Part shown: positions 1 through 14,292 of the stretch, one piece after another | Layout of the letters: each line of letters begins with the position of its first letter | How positions within the stretch are numbered: position 1 is the stretch's first letter | Source: Eledone cirrhosa | Lineage: Eukaryota | Assembly (NCBI GenBank): GCA_964016885.1 | Contig: OZ024742.1 | Span: forward strand, 84,568,001-84,632,000 | DNA length: 64,000 nucleotides | Direction of reading: 5' to 3' | Notes under the pieces: model-generated | Databases searched by the model: none | Seen by the model: only the letters and a program-made list of their open reading frames with translations | Told to the model about the DNA's origin: nothing | Made by a program: the position numbers and the translations under genes

Positions 1-467
1 CAGGTATTATTTATCTCAGTATTCAGATCATTGTCTGCTTCGGGTGGTTCCTCCGTTCTCAGGACCTCCTCACCTTCATTTCCCGCCGGCTCGCTTGTCT
101 GGCATACTACACCCGCCATCTCCAAGCCATTCTCTCTGCTCAGTTCCTCCAGTTCCAGCTCGCTTATCCACCCATTAGTTCTTATTACCCGAGCCTGCCC
201 GGCCAATTTTTGTTCATCTAATTTAAATAAACCAATCTCGTTCCAGATGTTATGCATCCGTCTCCTGTAGCCCCTCTCCTTGGGGTTACTTTTCAGGTAG
301 CATTGCATAACAGTTCTATTCAATTCTTTCGTCCAGTTGGTTCTGGCCCCTTTCCTTCTTCTTCTTCCTCCAACATCAGCAGTATTTGGTTGACAGTCAG
401 GCTCCTGCTGCTGAGCCAGGGGGCACCTGTTGGGTGAGAGTCTGTCACATGACGTTCTAGTCTCCAT
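1..467 (-). CDS. N-terminus of an R4/Dong-type non-LTR retrotransposon ORF, running off the window start
   Basis: Open frame from ATG 467: METRTSC...RTNWTKELNRTVMQCYLKSNPKERGYRRRMHNIWNEIGLFKLDEQKLAGQARVIRTNGWISELELEEL. This matches the WT.E.N..VM.CY...RGYR.RM..IW...EQ.L..Q.R.I...W.S.LE N-terminal motif of R4/Dong elements. Absent from the ORF track because no stop lies inside the window. Confidence 0.75.
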   Translation of the reverse strand, partial: METRTSCDRLSPNRCPLAQQQEPDCQPNTADVGGRRRRKGARTNWTKELNRTVMQCYLKSNPKERGYRRRMHNIWNEIGLFKLDEQKLAGQARVIRTNGWISELELEELSRENGLEMAGVVCQTSEPAGNEGEEVLRTEEPPEADNDLNTEINNT

Positions 468-687
468 TTCACCGTTATTCGAACTGTTTATGTTCGATAT
501 TTAAACACTCTTATCGAGGATTGGCGAATGTATGTTTACATAGCCATCTGTGGATCCGCCATCCCACTTGGCCCTTGTGTGGCATTATCACCACGCTGTA
601 TACGGACACACATAAACAAACAAACACACGGGCAGAAAGGGCCCCAAAAATGAATAAGCATAAGTTTCATTGTAATGTAGTATTCGA

Positions 688-727
<40 letters not shown>
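688..727. repeat. (TAA/TTA)n tract at the 5' junction of the R4/Dong-type element
   Basis: ttattattatta... lies immediately upstream of the element on the minus strand; Dong-type elements are known to target TAA repeats. Confidence 0.7.
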
Positions 728-734
<7 letters not shown>

Positions 735-809
735 GTGTGTGTGTGTGTGTGTGTCTGTGCATGGGTGTGCGTAATGGTGTGTGTATGTGTTGTGTGTGTG
801 CACGTGCGT

Positions 810-847
<38 letters not shown>

Positions 848-888
848 TTATAGATAAAGTAATAAGTATTTGAAGATAAACCTAATAT

Positions 889-993
<105 letters not shown>

Positions 994-2481
994 CTTTTAT
1001 AATACAGAACGAAAAAGAAAGAAATTGTGCCCCCCCCCCACACACACAAAAAAATCAGTTCTTATCTTTATAATTCAGCGATAACTGATAGCATTACTTT
1101 AATACTATATTCCATCTTGCTGATTATACTGAGTAATAGGTAATATATGATCTAGAAAATTTAATATTGTGTTTGTCTACATGTTTCTGTATATTTACTT
1201 TTTAAAATATAGTTGCATTTAAGTAGAAACTTGAAGTTTTCTTTTCTAATGTGTGTATGTATGTTTACATTTGAACTTTTATCTGATAGTCGACCACCAA
1301 TAACTTATGTTTTAGGTCATTTTGCCGGTAAAAGAAAGATACACGTCGAGTTAAAGAACAAATCAGTATGTAAATAATATCACAGATCAAGAGTTAAAAT
1401 TTACGGCAATAATAGGAGATCGTTGGAAAAGATAGGAAGCATGAATGATTGAAAAGCATCTATATTGAAAAGCGTTAAATAAATATATACATATATATCA
1501 GGATCTGAGCATAGTGGAATCAAATTCCCATTGTCACTGCCTCCAACGCTCTCACTCTCCTCATCTCTCACTGTGATAAGCAAATGTAGGCCCACGCACT
1601 GGCCATACTGCATTTCTACGGAGAAAGGTGAAGGAAACACGTTGGTAGAGGTATTCAAGCTCGTAGGACTCACACCTGTGGGTAGCCAATTGCATACCTA
1701 GGGCCAAGGACAACAAAGGTATCCACTGCTAGAGGCTCTCCCTCACATCTGTCGGAGAGTGTCTGATATTTGGAGTGTACACCCTCCTCGGTCGCATTTC
1801 AGCAGAGCTTAAACCTAATCCTAAACATAAACACCGAGTCCACCACGCTGACCGCGGCCCAGAAATCACCCTCACTTAATTTGGCATTTACGTGGTCGTG
1901 TAAATGCTTTGTGCTGGATTCAGGCGTGGATGATTGAGCGCAGCTGAAAGCAGAGGTTTGGCGTTCATGGGGACACTTGGATGGGCTCTTGCCGAAAGGA
2001 CGAAAGGTTAGCCTTGACGAAAGCAGCTATGGACAGGTCGCATCGGTCAGATTTGAAAGGCCGTGGGCAAATTGGGTGAAATAGAAGAGGCGCTTCCAGT
2101 CAGAATTGCAGGGGCCCATAGTGGCATTGCAGAGACACTGTAGGGGACAATGTTTTGCTGTAAAAAGTACAACTATAAGAGAAATACAACTCTTAGAGAA
2201 AGAATAAAGTTTTTTAGAAATAGATAAAACAATTAAGCAAAGCATTTGGTCAACCAATTCCCAGAGAATTAATAGAAACCAAAATATTTGATAGTGCCAA
2301 TAGCTGGGATGAGTGGTTGTACATTTTACTACCAACTCTAAAGCTTAGCGCATTCATTCATTCATGCAAACATACATACACACACACAAACACACCAACA
2401 TACATAGACTCTTATATATATATATATATATATATATAAAGCCCTTATTGTACAGCCAAACATGTTAATCTTCATTCTTTA

Positions 2482-2544
<63 letters not shown>

Positions 2545-2635
2545 CGGAAGAAATGTGGTCAGGAACCAGGTGGACCATAACGCACCAAAGTACTCAACAC
2601 TTAGGGTAGTAGAGTGGGTAATAGGAACGAGTAGG

Positions 2636-2731
2636 ACCCCGGCGGCTGAGCTCAAACCGTTTCGACGGCTAATTCTGGACTAAATGAAAATTGTTATCCT
2701 GGTATTTGAATAGCCGAGCTTCTCAAGGGGT
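2636..2731 (-). ncRNA. Type I hammerhead, U3-A8 variant with a mutated cleavage triplet
   Basis: acccc TTGAGAA gctcggcta...tagccgtc GAAA cggt..gccg CC ggggt. Confidence 0.65.
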
Positions 2732-5045
2732 AATTCCATATATGGTCAAAGTGATTGTCACAGGGATTGGTCAAAAGTTTGTAGTTGAGACATAATAATT
2801 CTATGATGGCAATTTGTGGAGGGAAGGGGTAGCTAAACCTGCCAGTAGGAGAAAGAGGGAGAGGGTGCAGGAGACCCATTCATGCGTTGATAGTGCCGGC
2901 TACAGCTGGGCGTGAGGTCAAAGAAGATACTAGGGAGGGGGAGGGGAGGAAGTCGAAACAGTAAGTAGAACAATAAGGGGTAAATATATAGAAAAATACT
3001 GAGAGTGCTAAAAAGCAATTAAATGTAAAAAAAACAAAAAAAAAACAATTTCTGGTTACTACGACCTAAGTCTCTCACTATTGCTAGACTAAAGAAATAT
3101 ACTAGGTGGGACGGAATTAAAATGAGACCCTTTTAAGAGGTATAAGTAATAAACCGAGTATATCTTACGGTGACGGGTCAACAAGTGAGGGGCCAAAATA
3201 CTAAAGAAACTACCACGAAATAATAAAAGTTTCTACCCCAGGCACAAGGCCAGCAACCACCCAGTGCAAAAAAGTAAGCTAATACGAAATAATAATTCAG
3301 AGTCCCGAAAAATAATACTAATACTATCTCTAAGGGTGCCGCCACGATACAAAAGTTCTAGTGCAAGCTACATAAAAGTTCGTACGAAGTAAAAGTAAAA
3401 TTTGATACGGAAAATTAATTCAGAATCCCCCCCCCCCAAAAAAAAAATACTGATAAACGAGAAAATAAAGCAAAGATGCCACTAAGAAATATAGAAAGCC
3501 CGGAAAAGGGGCAGCGGTCGGATATGAGGGCAAGTATCCGGGGTCTAACACATCTGCTATAAAAAGCGGAGTCGGCCAAATCTATCATAGAATAGGCGAA
3601 GGGGGTGGGGGTACTGAGGCTACAATGGACCGAGGGTCTGCCTCGGGTGGGCGAGAAAAAGACGACGACAAAGAAAGAGAACTGGGGTGGAAGGACCAGG
3701 GAGGGATGGGGGAAGAAGGAAATATAGAGGAAGCGATAAAAAGATATAAAAGAAGAACTCACGTCTACCTTAGCAAGCAGGGGTTACCCATTACAAAATC
3801 GGCAAGTGGGGTGTTATAGCCCTAGTCTACCCCCCGGGTCATTATGGGATTTGAGGGCGAGGTAAGTCCTACGCAATCTGTGTTTACATGCAGTATCCAG
3901 TTCATCTTTCTTGTTTAGGAGTTGGTCCGTCGAAAACAGCATTTGTAAAGTTTCCTCCGAGCATAAATTGCACGGACGGCGTCCTCCCGTGTAAGATTTG
4001 GCTCTGGATAGTAATCTCCAAGTGAGATCATAGGTAATGTTGTTATCCTTGAGGTCCCATATGTGGCCCGAAAGTGTAGTGGCGTGACGCCGGGCCGGGT
4101 TTCGGAAGGTATGTCTGTGTTGGTATAGCCGGGTCTTGAAGTCACATGCGGTTAATCCTATATAAGCTTTGTTGGAGGTGTCCGTCCTCACGTTGCACTG
4201 GTAGATCACATTACGATCTCTGCATCTGTTGTCGAGGGGGCAAATGGATCCATCAGGACAGTTACACCTCCTGGTCGACTCTCCACTGCTATTTAGGTTA
4301 TTTCTTCCATAGGGGTTGAGTTTTTTGTTGTTGGAGGAGACGATGTTTTGTGCAAAGTTTGGTGTAGTGCTGTAAGAGAGTGGTGGTATTTCTGTTAATT
4401 ATGTTGTGGTAGCGGTGTTGTAGTGGGAAGTGTTTTTCAATGAGCCTAAAGAAGATTTTCCCGATAGGAGTTGTCACCTCGGCGTTGTGGGGAGGATTGA
4501 ACCATGTTACATTGCGTGAGCGGTGGTGTCGCCTGCTGGTTCCGCTAATGGGAGCTGGACAGTAGGATATTTCCTCCCGGAAACCACTCCGCTTGAGGGC
4601 CTGGTTGTAATAAGGCGCATGTTCATCGAATATCTGCTGACAAACAGGATATGCGGAGGGAGATGTTTTTAACCATGTTATTGGTGATGTTCCTAGGATG
4701 GTTTGATCGGCGGTGGATGTAATGCAGGTTGTCGTTAGGTTTCCTGTATGGGTAGTACAGGTCATTATCGAGGTCGAGGGTAACGTTCAGGAAGTATACT
4801 CGGGTCAGGGACGTTTGTAGGGTTATTTTAAATCCCCAGTCGCGGAAGAAGCTGATTAATTGTTTACGGACCCGATCTGTACTACTGGGGTTGTACCCTT
4901 TAAGAGTAAGGAGCCCATCATCACGGTACAATCCACCGCCGAATGCAGGAAACATATCGGAGAGTTTGGGTATTAGGAATAATCCTATAAGATCTGTGAT
5001 CTTTTGACCAATCCCTGTGACAATCACTTTGACCATTATGGAATT

Positions 5046-5141
5046 ACCCCTTGAGAAGCTCGGCTATTCAAATACCAGGATAAACATTTTCATTTAGTCC
5101 AGAATTAGCTGTCGAAACGGCTTGAGCTCAGCCGTCGGAGT
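5046..5141 (+). ncRNA. Type I hammerhead, U3-A8 variant with long stem II
   Basis: acccc TTGAGAA gctcggcta...tagctgtc GAAA cggc-ttgagctca-gccg TC ggagt. Confidence 0.7.
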
Positions 5142-5151
5142 CCTACTCGTT

Positions 5152-5196
<45 letters not shown>

Positions 5197-5372
5197 GCAT
5201 AAATATACATATATATATATGTATACACACACACATATATATATATGTATATATACAATGTCAATTAGATACCTAGGGATTTTTGTACGAGTTGAAAACA
5301 TGTTATGTATGCATATATATAAATCTATATATATTTATACATGTCCAATCCCACATATATACGCGCACTCCC

Positions 5373-5464
<92 letters not shown>

Positions 5465-5467
<3 letters not shown>

Positions 5468-7525
5468 ACGATGGGGTCCAGTGACTCAGCGCAAGCAACT
5501 GGCCGCCCTGTTTACCGTTAGGAATCATAGCTCCGTAGGATAGAAAACCTTAACAAACATATACACAGGTTCTTTAAGTCATACGGCCTATCCGTAACTA
5601 TGGACCTCAACCACAAGGTTGTCAACTTCCTGGACGTGACCCTGGAGTTGAGTACGGGCTTATACAAGCCATACCATACGACTGGAGAGTGCCTCGCTTA
5701 TATTAACTATGCCTCCAACCACCCTAAGCAGATTCTCAACTCCATAGTCTATAGTATCGCACATAAAATCTCGAGGCCATCCGCCAATGAGGATATCTTC
5801 AACCAAGCGGCAGATTACTACAATAGAGCCTTGATAAGCCCCGGCTTTAACCAAGGAATTTCCTACATCCCTAACGCTAGCTCTAGAAACCACCCCCTCA
5901 TAAAATGAACGTTATAGTAAGCCATACCTATAACTGAGCACGCCGCGACCTCGTTGAAGTCGGATATAATAGAATAGATAATCGCACTAAAGTTCACAAC
6001 TCTGGGGACGGTGACCACTGTAGTTTACTCGAACTATTCCCCTACTACAAAACCAGCAAAGGCGACGGCCTACTACCAACGCCTTCCAACCAACATCTTC
6101 CTGTACATAAACATGGAAGAGGGAAGAAGAGTGCACCCGAGCATAAAGTGAAAGGGGCACCTAACGGGCTACAGCGCATTAACATACATAAGAGCGGTCA
6201 CCTAGATGGAACAATCCGTAGCAAAAGTACAAGTACATGTAATCGCCACCGTAATGTCCTATGGTCCCCCCCCCCACTCTCGGAGTGTGGCCTCCAACAT
6301 ACCCCGAATATTCGTCGAAGCCTTAGAGAAGAACTTCCCGCCCAAACATAGGTATAGAAAAATTCTTAATAGGAACAATATAAAAATATCCTTCTCTACT
6401 ACTCCTAACCTAGCAGACATCATAGGAACAACGATCCACAGTAAGATCACCAAGACACAGCACCTCGACGCAGACGCACCTACACCTGACAATAACTATA
6501 TCGGCCTTAACAACTCCATAGCAGTATCCAATAGTGCTTGCAACGGCCTCCGCAGACGCAACCACAATAACCGCGAAATGACTGGGGAACATGCAGGACA
6601 TGACGTGCGGAACAACAATCGCACCACCCCGCGTGCTGTGGGTTGTAATGGTGCTAACGACAGCTGCGGGAGCGTAGATAACAACGTAGGCAGCAACAAT
6701 GATAGCCTTATCGTGGGAAATAGATGGAACCGCGACAGAAATTGCAACTGCCGCGGGAGAGGACGCTGCTCCCTTAGAGGATACTGCTTGACTGATAGGG
6801 TTATATATAGATGCACTGTAACTAGCCACAATAGCGTTAAACATTATATAGGGGCTAACTCCGGCCCGTTCAAAATTAGGTTTCGAAAACAGCTCCACTC
6901 TTGCACAAATAAAAAACTAAGACACTGCACTTCGCTCGCGGACTATATCACATTACCAAAGGACTTAAACATCAGATTCTCCACGCACTGCGATATTGTC
7001 GGCAGGGCTGCATCATACAACTTCAAGAGGAAGTGCAATCTTTGCCTCATGGAGCTCTACCACATCATAACTGCACCCCACGAACTCATCAACAGCAGAG
7101 CTGAAACAGCGATAAGTTGTACTCATCGCTTAAAAATATCCTTCTAAAGATGGTTTAAGAATGAGGAGTGAAACAGTGCACCGGATCTCCCTGCAACACG
7201 TTTTAACACCCCGGCGGGCAGGCGCTGCAAAATAACACCCAGGAAACTAACCATGCATACCAGACCCATCCTCAAACGAGCCAGACAAACAGGTGCGGTT
7301 AACAAACGTCTCAAAATAAGCGTTGGTTACACGACCCTGTGCGTATCGACAATGGTAAAGTTGTAACCTCATCTTGTAACGGGTAAAATTTTGTCCGGGA
7401 AAGAGTGCCCTAACACCGGCCATAGTTCCCTCCCTTGACCTGCTGCAAAATGAAAACAAGCTATTTTTGCGAACAATGAAACTTGACGTGAATTTAACCC
7501 CCAAAACACTTTTGGTTATTTATGC
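5465..7525 (+). mobile_element. Degenerate PLE fragment (RT C-terminus, Asn-rich linker, GIY-YIG)
   Basis: [57 protein letters not shown]. Flanked by (TA)n. No HHR recognised. Confidence 0.85.
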
Positions 7526-7660
7526 CATATATATATATAATTTATATATATATATAATATATATATATATACTATATATATATATAGTATATATATATAT
7601 ATAATATATATATATATATGGTGGTAGAACACTATATATATATATATATATATAATATAT

Positions 7661-7735
<75 letters not shown>

Positions 7736-7840
7736 ATATATATATATATATATAATATATATATGTATAATATATATATATATATATATAATATATATAT
7801 ATTTATATATATAATATATATACTATATATATATATATAA

Positions 7841-8029
<189 letters not shown>

Positions 8030-8144
8030 GAAAAGTGTAATTTTCTACACAAAACGAAGGTTATAGAGAAAATTGAGGTTGGTAATGGCACATGGAATAT
8101 ATAAGAGACAGAATACTTTTTTGTGAAAAAACATATAATTTTAT

Positions 8145-8176
<32 letters not shown>

Positions 8177-8179
<3 letters not shown>

Positions 8180-8905
8180 GTAGAACACTGGAAGGTAATA
8201 TCCGTAGTGGTAGAGCACTCAGTCCATGGGAGGAGTTAGGTAGAAGTGGTTACACAACAGTTAGTTCACCATACCGAGAACAATTCTTTCACCTCAGCGG
8301 ATCATCAGCTCGTAATGGACATGGTTATACGGAACAGGAAGGACAATCGTACGAACGCGCATGCGTTGAAACGGTCACTTCACACAGGCAATACGTGTGA
8401 AGACAATACGTTTGAAGTGATTGTTTATGCGTGTAAGAGGTGTAAGGGAGATAACTGCGAAAGTCCGAAAAGTTTCTAGTTGATAAGAAAGTTAGGATGT
8501 TGTTGTAATTCAATCCAGAGCTTTGTAGCTACGTAAGAGGTGTTTCGATACGTGTGGACAACGTTTGAAGAATTCATTTCTCGTGTTTAGGCAATCGCTA
8601 TTGCATAATCTCTTTAGAATATTTATTCGTTCATCAATACACACTCCGCACGACGGGTTTCACCTTGCGTATGGCTTGGACTTAGTGAGGGCTGTCCATT
8701 GAATGGAGTAGTCTACACTTGAGTCTTTGAGGGACCATACGTGGCTAGCGAGTTTCGTTGATGAACGTTCTTACCGGTTACCTAAAGGTCGACTGGTCGT
8801 TCAGGAAACGTTCCTTAAATCGGCCCTCCGCCATACCCACATAGGATTTGACCTCCTGTGGTTGATTTGGTCGGTTGAAAGTGACCACAGCTTCGTAAAC
8901 CAGAG
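8177..8905 (-). mobile_element. PLE 3' fragment, family G: broken GIY-YIG, 3'UTR, HHR and tail
   Basis: Minus strand reads VYEAVVT..KSYVGMAEGRFKERF..CGVC..RCPH. Closely similar to 26087-26805. Confidence 0.85.
8275..8312 (-). ncRNA. Minimal type I hammerhead, family G
   Basis: cgag CTGATGA tccgctgaggt GAAA gaattg TT ctcg. Confidence 0.75.
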
Positions 8906-9061
8906 CTATTAACCATATTTAGGGTCGACTTGTCAATGTTGTGGCTCATTGGTAACTAGCTTATTATTCCTATGTGTCGAATTAATTTAATTTGATTATT
9001 TTAATAAACAAATTATATAAATATATATAAATATAAATATTATATAAATATATATATATAT

Positions 9062-9110
9062 GCTTCCTGAAGATTTCATCTGAATGAAACAGTACTAGTC
9101 CTGTAGAAGC
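9062..9110 (+). ncRNA. Solo type I hammerhead between TA tracts
   Basis: gcttc CTGAAGA tttcatctgaat GAAA cag-tactagtc-ctg TA gaagc; all three stems pair. Confidence 0.85.
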
Positions 9111-9119
9111 TCCTTCTAT

Positions 9120-9236
<117 letters not shown>

Positions 9237-9389
9237 TATATATATATAATATATATATAATATATATATATCTATATACATATGTAATATAAATATATAT
9301 ATATATCATATATATATATATATATATATAATATAATATATATATATATATATGAAAAAATCCTGGTAATATATATATATTTATATAAT

Positions 9390-12300
9390 CGATATAAAAC
9401 AAATGGAAACTACATTTATAAAACCATATTTATTTCATTATATATATTTCAGGGATATCATATTAAAAATATGGTATGCCCTCTTCAGATAAAATACCAT
9501 ATATAAACAGTTTTATAAATAAATTTGACATACCTTAGAATTTTACAACTTCCATTTAAAAAGTTGTTATGGTAGTGAAAATGTTAAGGACGGTTAGAAA
9601 GAAAGACGGAGAAAAAAGAAAAAGAAAAAAGAAAAAGAAGGAGAAAAGAAAAAGAAAGAGCGGAAGGTGAAAAAGATGAAGAAATGTATGTAAAGAGAAA
9701 ACCACCAATTGAGAGATTAATGAGGGAAGGGGTACTGTAATTATTTATTTATTTATTTATTTATTTAGTGTTAAGGATACGGGGAGAAATAAAAACAAAA
9801 ATAAATAAGGAGAGGTAGATCGAGTAATATCTATTATACGAGGTGGGAGAGATAGGGGAGGGGTGATATACAGGAGATAGAGTTAAAACAGCCGATACAA
9901 GTATAGAGGGGGGGAGGAGAGGAGATATACTTAGAAACAAAAATGATAGTTTTAAAATATTATGTTTCATCAGTCTATCAATTCCTATGAATTATAATGT
10001 AAATATCAATATTCATGAATGAGACACATATCAATAATGTGTGAAAAAATAATGACTATATGTTTAGTTTAAAAATTCATAGGTTTATAATCAAAATCTG
10101 AGATGAAACTTCAAAAAATACTGAAATACATAAGTATATATGTATTTTCATGAAAAAAGAGAAAAGAGAAAGAAAAAGAGAAGGTTATCTCAAATTGACA
10201 TTATAGACACATGTGAGTTTACATGATCAGCTCTGTAAATTTTTATTTCACATGAAAATCTTCATTGCGTTAAAAAAGAATTTACCATACATATATGTGT
10301 ATATACATATATATATACATAAAATATACATTATTAATAATAATAATATTCTTGCCCTTTCTTACATGATTATCGTTCAAGCATAGAATAGAAGAGATAT
10401 CAATATATTAAAATATTAAAAACGCCAAGAATATTTTCCTCCCCAGAATATCTAGGGCCGTAAAAACACAGTGTGCCCAGCATATCAATCAATCCTTCCA
10501 ATTTATTTGACAATATTGCCAAGTTTATTAGAAGTAATCAGAATCAAAAGCAAACAAAACCAAAATTATTCACCAACCTTATTTAGCAGAAATTATTCAA
10601 AAAAAAAAAAAAACCTTAGGATACCCGGTTGTTCTACAGATGCTCTTATATTTATTATAGAAGTTTATCTAGCTTAAACATTTTATTCAATAGATTTGGA
10701 TCATCACTATTTTAAGGTAGTTTAATTACATTATTAATTATATACTCATGAAGAAGTTTTAAAGAATTGAAGGAATCAAAAGATTTATCGCCAAGTTTTC
10801 TAGAATAATTAAAAGTCTTAAGTAAATATACTACATTTTTAATTTATATTTATATTTAAAAGTTGAGTTCAATCTATGTCTGCAGCAACTGAATAAATTG
10901 GTCCGTAAATTAAGGGAATTTTTAGATTTTAGTATAAAGAATATCTTCTCCGCGCAGAGGTCACATGTCTCAGAGGAGGAGTTAAAAGGAATCCCTCTTG
11001 AGACTATATTCCAAACCGTCGAATATCCAACGTTATCATGTTTAAGTTGCCAGAGTAAGCCTGATAGTGATGTTGAGGATTTTTTGTTTGGATCCGTGAA
11101 AGAATTCTTGTGATTATTATAGCGAAGTTTAAATTCAGTCGAGGTGGAACCAACATAATTAAAAGAATTTAAGTCAGTTTTAACATTACAGTTGTATATT
11201 ATATTTTTAACTAAGCAATTGTTATTTAACGGGCATTTAGATCTATCTCTACAGTTACAGTTGTTTACTTGAATATTGTTTATGCTATCATCGGTATTTT
11301 GGCTAGGTTTTAGATTCCTATTATTTATTCTATTAATATTTTGTGCTAAATTTTTGGTGGACGAGTAGGTTAATTTTATAGTATGTCTATTGAAAATTGA
11401 GTGATACTTATGTGTTCTGGGGAATCGTTTATCAAGAGCATTAAAAAATAGTTTAGCGATGTGGGTTTTAATTTTTAGTGAGAAGGGGGGGGGGGGGCAA
11501 ACCAAATTATGTTTCTAGTTCTATTTCTTTTCTGGTTTTTGGAATTATTGTAATTCTTTCTATTATAGTTGTTAAAGTTGTTACCGTAATTAAAATTGTT
11601 GTTATTTTGGTTAGTTTGTCTATTATTATCGATGTACATAATTTTATCACTATATCCTGCTCTAGCTAACGCTTCATTGTAATAGTGGGCTTTTTGGTTG
11701 AAAATATTTTTATTAGATGAGATTCTAGAGATACGTTTTTGAACAGAGTCACTATAGTATTTTTAACAGATCTGGGGTGGTTGGAGTTAAAGTTGACATA
11801 ATTCAAGTTTTCATTTAACTTGTGAAATGGATAGTGAAGACATGTGTTGAGATTTAATGTTACATCTAGGAAATTGACTATTCTATGGTTATTCTCAATT
11901 TCTATTTTTAGATTAAGGTAATTAATCTGAAAGAACTAAGGAAAAAGTACAAGGTAGCAGATAAGGCTGAACTTGAGAAAATGAACGTTGAGGCATCTGG
12001 TATAATGCATGAGTTGGAAATTGAGAACAAAACACAACCTTTCTTGCCCAGGAAACCCAAGATCAATATGAAAGATCACAAAAGAAATTTCGAAAACGAC
12101 TTGCCAATCAGATTGATTGCACCATCAAAATCTGACCTGGGTAAACTTAGCAAAAACATTCTAGACAGGGTGATACAGCAAATTAAGAACTTGAATTATT
12201 TACCTAACTTAAGCTTGTGGAAGGGAACTGGAGAGGTGATTGAGTGGTTTAAAGAAATTAAATATAACAATAATAATAAATTTATTCAACTAGATATTGC

Positions 12301-14232
12301 TAACTACTATTCATCTATTACCCTAACCTACTAAATAAGGCACTAAATTATGCATTCAAACATACAGACGTAACTAGCAATGAAATGCACATTATACTAT
12401 CGGCAAGAAAAACATTGATGGAATTTAATAACCAACTATGGACTAGGGCAGATAGAGATAGCAATTTTGACATTACTATGGGATCATCTGACTCAGCTCA
12501 GATAACAGACCTTGTGGGCCTATTTATAATTAATTCGCTACACAGGAAAATACCCGTGCTACCGGTGGATTATATCGAGATGACATGCTTTTACTTATTG
12601 AAAATAATAACTCTGAACTAAATAGAAAAAGGAAACAAATTATACAATTTTTTAATTACCTTAATCTAAAAATAGAAATTCAGAATAACCATAGAATAGT
12701 CAATTTCGTAGATGTAACATTAAATCTCAACACATGTCTTCACTATCCATTTCACAAGTTAAATGAAAACTTGAATTATGTCAACTTTAACTCCAACCAC
12801 CCCAGATCTGTTAAAAATACTATAGTGACTCTGTTCAAAAACTTATCTCTAGAATCTCATCTAATAAAAATATTTTCGACCAAAAAGCCCACTATTACAA
12901 TGAAGCGTTAGCTAGAGCAGGATATAGTGATAAAATTATGTACATCGATAATAATAGACAAACTAACCAAAATAACAACAATTTTAATTACGGTAACAAC
13001 TTTAACAACTATAATAGAAAGAATTACAATAATTCCAAAAACCAGATAAGAAATAGAACTAGAAACATAATTTGGTTTGCCCCCCCCCCCCCTTCTCACT
13101 AAACATTTAAAACCCACATCGCTAAACTATTTTTTAATGCTCTTGACAAACGATTCCCTAGAACACATAAGTATCACTCAATTTTCAATAGACATTCTAT
13201 AAAATTAACCTACTCGTCCACCAAAAATTTAGCACAAAATATTAATAGAATAAATAATAGGAATCTAAAACCTAGCCAAAATACCGATGATAGCATAAAC
13301 AATATTCAAGTAAACAACTGTAACTGTAGAGATAGATCTAAATGCCCGTTAAATAACAATTGCTTAGTTAAAAATATAATATACAACTGTAATGTTAAAA
13401 CTGACTTAAATTCTTTTAATTATGTTGGTTCCACCTCGACTGAATTTAAACTTCGCTATAATAATCACAAGAATTCTTTCACGGATCCAAACAAAAAATC
13501 CTCAACATCACTATCAGGCTTACTCTGGCAACTTAAACATGATAACGTTGGATATTCGACGGTTTGGAATATAGTCTCAAGAGGGATTCCTTTTAACTCC
13601 TCCTCTGAGACATGTGACCTCTGCGCGGAGAAGATATTCTTTATACTAAAATCTAAAAATTCCCTTAATTTACGGACCAATTTATTCAGTTGCTGCAGAC
13701 ATAGATTGAACTCAACTTTTAAATATAAATATAAATTTAAAATGTAGTAAATTTACTTAAGACTTTTAATTATTCTAGAAAACTTGGCGATAAATCTTTT
13801 GATTCCTTCAATTCTTTAAAACTTCTTCATGAGTATATAATTAATAATGTAATTAAACTACCTTAAAATAGTGATGATCCAAATCTATTGAATAACATTT
13901 TTAAGCTAGATAAACTTCTATAATAAATATAAGAGCATCTGTAGAACAACCGGGTATCCTAAGGTTTTTTTTTTTTGAATAATTTCTGCTAAATAAGGTT
14001 GGTGAATAATTTTGGTTTTGTTTGCTTTTGATTCTGATTACTTCTAATAAACTTGGTAATATTGTCAAATAAATTGGAAGGATTGATTGATATGCTGGGT
14101 ACACTGTGTTTTATAAATATAGTTTCCATTTGTTTTATATCGTAAAATACTCCAAAACCTGTTGAGTGCTTTTATATCAGTTATAAAATATTTACTCGTT
14201 GTAACCCAACAATTTTAAATAAAACTTTTGCA
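9390..14232. mobile_element. Fold-back PLE, family A: minus arm 9390-11925 and plus arm 11926-14232
   Basis: Plus arm carries frameshifted RT ([33 protein letters not shown]) and GIY-YIG ending near 13747. Segment 10461-11925 is the near-identical reverse complement of about 12652-14112. Confidence 0.93.
9431..9496 (-). ncRNA. Type I hammerhead, family A
   Basis: tattttat CTGAAGA gggcatacc...gatatccct GAAA tatata TA atgaaata. Confidence 0.85.
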
Positions 14233-14292
14233 TATATATATATATATATATATGTATTATATATATACAATATATATATATATATAATATAT

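Larger units (their letters stand above)
2544..5155 (-). mobile_element. 5'-truncated PLE with inverted 3'-end copy, inserted in (TA)n
   Basis: Frameshifted RT (ITDLIGL..GGGLYRDDGL), WFNPP linker and GIY-YIG (IYQC..YIG..FKTRLYQH..CNLC..CKH) over 3814-5000. Segment 5001-5155 is the reverse complement of 2622-2777. (TA)n on both sides. Confidence 0.9.

Noticed and set aside
470-690. HDV-like ribozyme in the LINE 5'UTR
   Set aside because: A hairpin and a tcctcg string are present, but I could not build the nested P1-P4 pseudoknot
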